From assembly GCA_013202715.1 (NCBI GenBank), contig JABMRF010000023.1:2327-66326 (forward strand): 64,000 nucleotides of DNA, read 5' to 3'. Made by a program: the position numbers and the translations under genes. The notes beneath the pieces were generated by a model, which saw nothing but the letters and a program-made list of their open reading frames with translations, was not told where the DNA came from and did not search any database. Every line of letters starts with the position of its first letter. The stretch's first letter is position 1. Source of the stretch: Candidatus Kuenenbacteria bacterium. Its GTDB lineage: Bacteria > Patescibacteriota > Patescibacteriia > UBA11705 > JABHMO01. This document shows positions 57,523 through 64,000 of the stretch, one piece after another.

Positions 57523-57570
57523 AGCGTATCTTGTAAGGGTTCAAAATTTTGAACCCTTACAAGATACGCT
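57523..57570. repeat. 48-bp perfect palindrome around a GTAAG-type REP core
   Basis: agcgtatctTGTAAGGGTTCAAAA|TTTTGAACCCTTACAagatacgct. Confidence 0.9.
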
Positions 57571-57591
57571 CGCTTGGCTCGCTAACTCGCA

Positions 57592-59079
57592 TTACCTACT
57601 TTTTGGAGTTACAAAAAACCCTAAATGATATTTCTTCGGTAGCATCAGACGCGTTTGCGCTTCAGTTGCCGGAATTGAACCGAAGATAATTAATGTTATC
57701 GGTAATAATATCCATTGCAAAAACATGACCAGATACTTCCAACGAGGATGACCCTCTGGCCTCGGAGGTAAAATAAACAAACTGATGATTGCGGAAAATA
57801 GTATTCCAACCATCGCTGCAGCCATCAGCCATTCCAAAACAAAAGGTGCGTTTTGAACAATTACTGATGAGGACTCTTCTCCTCGACCGGCAACCCAGAG
57901 CGGTAATCTACCCAAAACGAAAATCAAAATCGGCGCAGTGGCCCAGGAGTACATTCCTTCTGTTAAGTTCCAAGTGTATTTTAACTTTTTGTACCACGGA
58001 ATTTCCTTGTTCTTGTGAAACTTATTCATCATGTACGGAAAATGCTCCACGCCCCAAGCCCATCGTCTTTGCTGTTTGTAAAGATTTTTAAATCCTTTCC
58101 AGTAATCTTTATCCATCACCGTGTCCATTGAAACTGGGATATACATTGGTTCCACTGCATATTTGCCGCCATATTTAAAAAAGCATTGTAAAAAGATACG
58201 AGAATCATCAGTCACAATATCCTTTTGCCAAAAACCTACATCAGCCAGCGCTTTAAAACTCATTGAATGAGAACTGAAAGTATATAATCTTTCCGGCCGC
58301 ATCAAATCCATTAACAACCAAAAAATTGTTCCAAAGGCAGTGACACGCATCGCTGCTGGCGCGTCCCAAATATTGTTATTATAATTAACTGCCGGCTGAT
58401 ATGAAACTTTCGTTGGATTTGGATGAGTTAAATATCGATAAGTTAGATGCGCAAAATATTGTTTGTGTACGCAGGTATCACTATCAAAATAAGAAACAAT
58501 CAAATCTTCATAATCATATCCGAGCTCGTTAATAAATTTTTGCGACTTGTGCCCCATCCAGTTGGCGTTCGCACCCTTGCCTTTCAATTCGCCCGGCAGG
58601 CCGTCCGGATGAATAGTGAATTTCAATTTGTGAAACTTATCGCCAAATTCTTTTTTTATCTGCGCCGCTTTGGGCCGAAAATCTTTTTCAATTCTTCCCT
58701 CTCCACCGAGAATCACAATCATCTTATCGAGCGGGTAGGAACTATTACAAAGACTGTTAAAAGTTGTGCGCAAGACTTCAATCGGCTCCCCGTAAGTCGG
58801 CAAATAAATAATATGAAATTTTTTGTCCCAACCGGGAATTTTTTTCACTCTTTCCAGCCAATCAATGGCCTCTGTTTTTTTGTATTTGAAATATGAGTAA
58901 CTGCCATAAAAAATAAAGTGCAATACTCGGAGTAGCCAGTACAAATCAAAAGCGATTATAAAGTAAATAACCCAGAGAGGCTTTATAAATGACAAAACAA
59001 TGGACAATACAAAAGTCGTCCAGATCAAAAGACCTGGAATTGTCTCTAAAATTCTTAACCTTGTGGTTCGTTTTTCCAT
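57592..59079 (-). CDS. Membrane-embedded processive GT2 (cellulose-synthase-like)
   Basis: GKGAN, FDSD, TDD, QQRRW motifs; TM helices at both ends. Confidence 0.88.
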   Translation of the reverse strand: MEKRTTRLRILETIPGLLIWTTFVLSIVLSFIKPLWVIYFIIAFDLYWLLRVLHFIFYGSYSYFKYKKTEAIDWLERVKKIPGWDKKFHIIYLPTYGEPIEVLRTTFNSLCNSSYPLDKMIVILGGEGRIEKDFRPKAAQIKKEFGDKFHKLKFTIHPDGLPGELKGKGANANWMGHKSQKFINELGYDYEDLIVSYFDSDTCVHKQYFAHLTYRYLTHPNPTKVSYQPAVNYNNNIWDAPAAMRVTAFGTIFWLLMDLMRPERLYTFSSHSMSFKALADVGFWQKDIVTDDSRIFLQCFFKYGGKYAVEPMYIPVSMDTVMDKDYWKGFKNLYKQQRRWAWGVEHFPYMMNKFHKNKEIPWYKKLKYTWNLTEGMYSWATAPILIFVLGRLPLWVAGRGEESSSVIVQNAPFVLEWLMAAAMVGILFSAIISLFILPPRPEGHPRWKYLVMFLQWILLPITLIIFGSIPATEAQTRLMLPKKYHLGFFVTPKSR

Positions 59080-59358
59080 AGTAAATCCTTCTCAGGATAT
59101 CATAATTCTTAAAGGAAATCAAGGGGTAAAAACATAGGGCTTCAGCTCCACCTGGCCATCAAACGGCCAGGCTAGCTGGTTCCAAACCCCCGTAAACGGG
59201 GCTTGCTGTGAATCCAAGCGAACATAGAGAGCAAGTGGTTCATGGCTACTATTCTTCCATTTTTTTTATCCGCTTTAGATCCGCGTTTATCCGCACTTTT
59301 AAGCTAATTTAGCCAAAAAAACAGGTTCTCAATAGCCTCCATTTGCGCGGAGTTCTAA

Positions 59359-59470
59359 TTACCCCCCACTTAAGTGGGGGCTACCAGCAGTTAACGGTTT
59401 CCGGCTTTAGCCGGGATGAGTGCGCGCAAGCGCGCCGGATTTCCTCGTCCCCCACTGAAGTGAGGGGTAA
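59359..59470. repeat. REPIN-like element related to the RAYT1 flanking hairpin
   Basis: TTACCCCCCACTTAAGTGGGGG ... CCCCCACTGAAGTGAGGGGTAA (inverted). Confidence 0.75.
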
Positions 59471-59517
59471 TAAAAAACGGCTTTCGCCGTTTGAACACAC
59501 CAATTCAAAAAAAACGT

Positions 59518-60660
59518 CTATCTCACCAATTCAAAAATAGTATAAACAATCCCGAGCACAAACATCACTATGAGCAAACTGCCCAGCACCTTATATTTAG
59601 GCATTGAAAATTCCGGTTTTTGATCGCCATACTTTTTCGCTTTCCAATACATTAGAACCAAAATTATTCCAGTTAAACCAAAAGTTAAGCTACCGGCAAT
59701 TCCCATTACTGTGATAAAATCTCTGGCACCGCTCAAGAATACCAACAACGGAACAACAATCACGGCCAGCCAGGCCCAAATCTTTTTTAATTTGAAATCA
59801 AACTGAAAAAACTCCCGCATTGTTTCACCGATTGTAAGAAAACTCGTTCCCATTGCAAAAAAAGCAAACAAATTTCCAAAGACCAGCATGTAGCGACCCA
59901 CCTTTTCACCAAGTCCGATTGTAGCCACTTCTGTTGTGGCCAATCCTGTTACACCGACGACAATGATGGCAAACAAAGTATAAATTGCAATCGGAATTAC
60001 GCTGGCAACAACAACGGCCTTTTTGACTTTGTCTTGCCGCTTGCGAAGTATTTCACGCAATGGAACGATTGAGGCTGCCCCGCCAAAAGAAAATAAAATA
60101 ACACCGTACGGAATAAAAATATTATTCAAATTGGTATATGTTAAATTCGGTAATTCAATTGAAGAACTGCTAAATCCAAATATTATGAAAATAATAACAA
60201 TAAAAATAGCCACCATCCACAATTCAAAAACTTTAACCACACCCAAACCAATTAACAAAATCAAAGCGCAAACTGCAAAAAATACTAGACTGTAAATAAA
60301 TTCACTTCCGCCAAACAATGCAGATAAAACTTTTCCCTGCCCGATCAAATAAGCGGTCAGCGCGCCATATCCTCCGATCAAAATTGAAATAGTTGCCAGC
60401 CGATACATAAAATTGCCCAAATATTTTTTTGCGTAACCGGCAATCTGATGACGAAATCTGGTTCGAAGTACAACCTCTGCAAACATTAAATTTAATAATA
60501 GAGCTGCTACCCCCAAAACAATTAAAAGAAAAAAACCAGGTCCAACTCCGACCTGGGCGATTACAAATGGGACACCTAAAATTCCAGCGCCAATAATTGT
60601 GCCAACCATTGTCGCCACAGCCTCCCAAAAACTGATCTTTTCTTTTTCCTCCCTATTCAT
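59518..60660 (-). CDS. Aromatic amino acid permease (TyrP/HAAAP-like)
   Basis: GTIIGAGILGVP; 11 TM helices; TSFL. Confidence 0.88.
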   Translation of the reverse strand: MNREEKEKISFWEAVATMVGTIIGAGILGVPFVIAQVGVGPGFFLLIVLGVAALLLNLMFAEVVLRTRFRHQIAGYAKKYLGNFMYRLATISILIGGYGALTAYLIGQGKVLSALFGGSEFIYSLVFFAVCALILLIGLGVVKVFELWMVAIFIVIIFIIFGFSSSSIELPNLTYTNLNNIFIPYGVILFSFGGAASIVPLREILRKRQDKVKKAVVVASVIPIAIYTLFAIIVVGVTGLATTEVATIGLGEKVGRYMLVFGNLFAFFAMGTSFLTIGETMREFFQFDFKLKKIWAWLAVIVVPLLVFLSGARDFITVMGIAGSLTFGLTGIILVLMYWKAKKYGDQKPEFSMPKYKVLGSLLIVMFVLGIVYTIFELVR

Positions 60661-60665
60661 ATTAT

Positions 60666-60887
60666 TTAATGGAAATGACAAATAAAGTTAACTTTTTCAT
60701 TCAACTCAGATATATTTTCCATTTTTCCACCTTTGACAATACATTCTAATTTATCAAACAAAGACGGCTCTCCCTTTAAATAAACAATTCGCTCCGGCGA
60801 GTTGACATTAGAATAAATAAAAAACATGCCGGTGACTACCATAAGTATAAATACGATAAGAATTAAATATTTTGCCTGCCAGCGCAT
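60666..60887 (-). CDS. Small single-TM hypothetical protein
   Basis: Packed between pyk and the permease. Confidence 0.55.
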   Translation of the reverse strand: MRWQAKYLILIVFILMVVTGMFFIYSNVNSPERIVYLKGEPSLFDKLECIVKGGKMENISELNEKVNFICHFH

Positions 60888-60888
60888 A

Positions 60889-62322
60889 TTAATCAATCTT
60901 AATTATTTCAACCAGATTTAATTGACCGCTCCGGCCAACCGGCGATCCGCCGACAATAATTATCTGATCTCCTTTTTTCGCAAATTTATTTTCTTTTAAA
61001 TAATTAATCCCCATACCAATTAATTTTTCAATTGTTTTGCACGGTGGTAATACAAACGGAATCGCGCCCCAGGTCAGGCTGAGCTGACGCTTGACCCTAT
61101 CATCCTCACACGCAACCAGTATCGGCAATTCCGGCCGATAACGACTGACCAGTCGAGCAGAATTTCCAGTAATGGATCCGATCAAAATCAACTTGGCATC
61201 GACATGCATTGAAAGCATTTTTGCCACACTACCGATCGCCTCACTTGTCGGGACGATCTTTTTTGTTTTCTCCTGAAGAGACAAATCATCATAAGCTGAT
61301 TTTTCAGTTTTAACAACCGTTTTCTTCATATAATCAACCGCTTCTGCTGGAAATTTTCCAACTGCCGTTTCACCGGAAAGCATAATAGCATCTGTATGGT
61401 CAATTACAGCATTGGCAACATCACTTATTTCCGCCCGCGTTGGCCGAGGATTAGTAATCATTGATTCGAGCATTTGCGTAGCCACAATGACGGGTTTAGC
61501 AGCTTCCAAACATTTATCAATCAACATTTTTTGCATCAGCGGAACATCTTCTGCCGGCAATTCGATCCCAAGATCACCGCGCGCAACCATCACTGCGTCC
61601 GTTGCTTTTACTATTTCATCAATATTATCAATTGCTTCTTTTCGTTCAATTTTCACAATGACTTTTACCGGAGAAACGTTCTTTATTTTTAATTTTTTTT
61701 CATACTTTTCAATCAGATCCTTCAATTCATAAACTTCCTTTGCTGTTCGAACAAACGACAGTGCCACATAGTCAACATCATTTTTAATACCGAACAATAA
61801 ATCTTCTTTATCTTTTACTGACAATGAAGGCACAGTTACATTTGTATCCGGCAAGTTCATTCCTTTATGAGAAGTAACCGTTCCGCCATTTACAACTTCG
61901 CAAACCATCTCTTTTCCTCTCACTTTTTTAATTAATAAGTTTATTATTCCATCTGCAATCAAAACTCTTTGGCCGGCGGCAACATCTTCATGCATTTTTT
62001 CATAAGTAACCGGAATTTTGCCGTTCTGAAAAGCTGTATCTGTGGTCAAAATAACTTCCTGACCTTTTTTTAGTTCAATACCCTTTTCAGGCAAATCACC
62101 AAGTCTAATTCTCGGCCCTTGCAGATCCAATAAAATTGCAATCGATTGATTCAATTCATTTGCTACAGATCTGATATTTTTTATTACTTTTAAATGAGCC
62201 GAATGAGTTCCGTGAGAAAAATTTAAGCGAGCCACATTTAACCCATTCCGAATTAACTTTTTTAAAATCGGTTTTTTATCAGAGGCTGGGCCAATTGTAC
62301 AAACAATCTTTGTCCGTTTCAT
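60889..62322 (-). CDS. pyk: Pyruvate kinase
   Basis: TKIVCTIGPAS, RLNFSHG, MVARGDLG, ATQMLESM, MLSGETA. Confidence 0.98.
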   Translation of the reverse strand: MKRTKIVCTIGPASDKKPILKKLIRNGLNVARLNFSHGTHSAHLKVIKNIRSVANELNQSIAILLDLQGPRIRLGDLPEKGIELKKGQEVILTTDTAFQNGKIPVTYEKMHEDVAAGQRVLIADGIINLLIKKVRGKEMVCEVVNGGTVTSHKGMNLPDTNVTVPSLSVKDKEDLLFGIKNDVDYVALSFVRTAKEVYELKDLIEKYEKKLKIKNVSPVKVIVKIERKEAIDNIDEIVKATDAVMVARGDLGIELPAEDVPLMQKMLIDKCLEAAKPVIVATQMLESMITNPRPTRAEISDVANAVIDHTDAIMLSGETAVGKFPAEAVDYMKKTVVKTEKSAYDDLSLQEKTKKIVPTSEAIGSVAKMLSMHVDAKLILIGSITGNSARLVSRYRPELPILVACEDDRVKRQLSLTWGAIPFVLPPCKTIEKLIGMGINYLKENKFAKKGDQIIIVGGSPVGRSGQLNLVEIIKID

Positions 62323-62403
62323 ATTAATCACGGATTTAACGGATCAAACGCGGATTTAACGGAAATTACTTCCAAATGATCCACATTAACCGTTTAATCT
62401 AAT

Positions 62404-62742
62404 TTAGATATTTATTTTTTTTGTATATTTGTGTAAAAATGGAATTTTCCAATATTCTCCTTGCCAAACCCTGACAATTCCCACAATGGAAACTGCAAGA
62501 AAAACAAATGAAGCCAGGATCCAGACCATCTGTCCCAAAATTGGAATAATATTTACAAACCAGACAATAATTTCTGCGAAAAATAAAACTAGCCCCTGCT
62601 TGGCATGAAAGGTTACAAACTTGTCATCTCTTTTTAGCAAAATCGGAATTAAACATAGGATTCCGAGATAACTGAGGGCCGCTAATATTTTGTTTTCTGA
62701 AATTTCTTGCTTTGAACCTAATTGGTCTTCCATATTTTTCAA
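62404..62742 (-). CDS. DUF4870-like membrane protein
   Basis: AALSYLGIL...FVTFHAKQGLVL. Confidence 0.85.
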   Translation of the reverse strand: MKNMEDQLGSKQEISENKILAALSYLGILCLIPILLKRDDKFVTFHAKQGLVLFFAEIIVWFVNIIPILGQMVWILASFVFLAVSIVGIVRVWQGEYWKIPFLHKYTKKINI

Positions 62743-62783
62743 TTTAGTTTATAAGTGTGGCTTTTATTTTTTCATTTTTCATT

Positions 62784-63158
62784 TTAAAGTTCTACATTTT
62801 CATAATGAATATATTTTGGGGTTAAATCAAAGATTTCAATAACTAAAATATCAAATCGAGGAAAAAAATCATCATATTTTTCATTTGATGTTCGAAAATG
62901 ATTGATAGTCTTGCTAATCTTTTGCTTTTTGGAATAGTTAACGGCTTGCTCTCCGTAACCAAAGGCATTTGTGGTTCTGGTCTTTACTTCTACAAACACT
63001 AAGTCTTTATTTTTTGTAAAGATTAAATCTATTTCGCCGACATTTTTTTGCAAATTCGCCCGCCAGTTCTTTTCAATCAGAATATGATCTTTTTCTTCAA
63101 AAAATTTCAAAGCAAGTTCCTCTCCCCACTGTCCTAATTTCTTCTTGTAACCCTTCAT
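62784..63158 (-). CDS. YraN-family (UPF0102) endonuclease-like protein
   Basis: LGQWGEELA, GEIDLI, LVFVEVKTR, RFD. Confidence 0.92.
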   Translation of the reverse strand: MKGYKKKLGQWGEELALKFFEEKDHILIEKNWRANLQKNVGEIDLIFTKNKDLVFVEVKTRTTNAFGYGEQAVNYSKKQKISKTINHFRTSNEKYDDFFPRFDILVIEIFDLTPKYIHYENVEL

Positions 63159-63253
63159 ATTGACCGCGGATAAAACGGATCGAACGCGGATTAAAACGAA
63201 ATTTACTAAAACATTTTTCTTAAGGCCGCAATATTCGCAAAATCCGCGCTTAG

Positions 63254-63490
63254 TTAAAGTAAAAAGCCTACCATCCATTCGATCACTTTGCCGTGTAAAT
63301 TTGTAATTATCAAAAAACCAATAGCAATAAGCATGATCCCGACAAACTTTAAAAAAGAATAAGTTCCGCCTGGAAAATATTTATCGGCAAAACTAATTGA
63401 TCCAACCAAATCATTAACTGTTCGCGGTTTCTTTACTACCAAAAAGCCAATTACGCACATAATGGCGCCAAGTATAAATCGTCCAATCAT
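63254..63490 (-). CDS. Small two-TM hypothetical protein
   Basis: 78-aa hydrophobic ORF, GGTY motif. Confidence 0.7.
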   Translation of the reverse strand: MIGRFILGAIMCVIGFLVVKKPRTVNDLVGSISFADKYFPGGTYSFLKFVGIMLIAIGFLIITNLHGKVIEWMVGFLL

Positions 63491-63677
63491 AAATTTTGTA
63501 ATTAATTATATTCTTTTAACATTATACCATATTTTAGGAAAACAAAAAAACCGTGAAGTATATATTCACTACGTTTTTATAACTTCACGATAAACCGCAA
63601 TTTTAAAATGGCCTACAAAGAATGGTTTACCATGAAGTCATGCGCCGACTGCCACAAGCAGACAAGCATGTACTTCA

Positions 63678-63763
63678 TGGTGCCCAGGGCGGGACTTGAA
63701 CCCGCACGCCCCGAAGAGCCATGGCCCTCAACCATGTGTGTATACCAATTCCACCACCTGGGC
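63678..63763 (-). tRNA. tRNA-Leu(GAG)
   Basis: GCCCAGG acceptor, CATGG-TTGAGGG-CCATG anticodon arm, long variable arm, GGTTCAAGTCC, CCA. Confidence 0.95.
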
Positions 63764-63901
63764 GAATTAAAATTCAAAACCGGAAACACAAAACCCAAAG
63801 GAAATCTTAAATTCCAAATTAAAAACCTAAAGACGTTCTTTTCAATTTTGGATTTTTTAATTTTTAATTTCCTTTGGACTTTGAATTTTGTATTTTGGAT
63901 T

Positions 63902-64000
63902 TTATTCAACAGTTATTGCCTGTACCGGACAAGCATCCTTCGCCTGGTTAATTGCTTCTTCTTTTCCAGTAAAATCTCCGGCAATTACTTCTGCCTTATT
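63902..64000 (-). CDS. Ferredoxin, C-terminal part (runs off right edge; not in ORF track)
   Basis: NKAEVIAGDFTGKEEAINQAKDACPVQAITVE* with the CPVxAI motif. Confidence 0.8.
   Translation of the reverse strand, partial: NKAEVIAGDFTGKEEAINQAKDACPVQAITVE

Noticed and set aside
59420-59480. HDV-like ribozyme (TTCCTCG loop)
   Set aside because: Could not build the nested double pseudoknot; the REPIN inverted repeat explains the sequence better.
1602-61732. Numerous short antisense or alternate-frame ORFs inside long genes
   Set aside because: Shadow ORFs lacking motifs, start signals or independent promoters.
63613-63909. 98-aa ORF
   Set aside because: Reads through a heptamer repeat and tRNA-Leu.
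1-64000. Complete DGR, retron or group II intron
   Set aside because: No reverse transcriptase ORF and no TR/VR pair recognised in the window.

Overview
AT-rich bacterial chromosome segment, most likely from a Patescibacteria/CPR (Parcubacteria-like) genome. This is inferred from the DUF4012, PEGA-propeller, baseplate-J-like and S8+FG-GAP genes, the presence of rplI, heptamer intergenic repeats and TGA used as a stop codon. The minus strand carries mostly SD-less housekeeping genes: pyrG, rplI, S41 protease, murA, rmlB/rmlC and an rmlD-rmlA fusion, thrS, dtd, dnaE, pyk, YraN and three GT2 genes. tRNA-Gln(UUG) and tRNA-Leu(GAG) are present. Interspersed are many self-contained accessory cassettes with a near-consensus sigma70 promoter, a strong SD and a terminator, plus two RAYT (Y1/HUH) transposases and several REP-like hairpin families. 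The ORF track misses a class III nucleotidyl cyclase (left edge) and a ferredoxin (right edge). Main leads: (1) a cluster of unrelated acidic proteins, including HD and permuted-DHH phosphohydrolases, sharing an N-terminal M-x-E-K-M-G-x-x-x-P-x-P-E-like leader, next to a stand-alone ~165-nt rod-shaped ncRNA gene; (2) a compact Thr T-box riboswitch upstream of dtd-NTP pyrophosphohydrolase-thrS; (3) genes bracketed by direct repeats that fix start or stop positions; (4) nested and in-frame REP elements. No CRISPR array, reverse transcriptase or integrase was seen. All calls come from motif reading by eye; no database searches were run.
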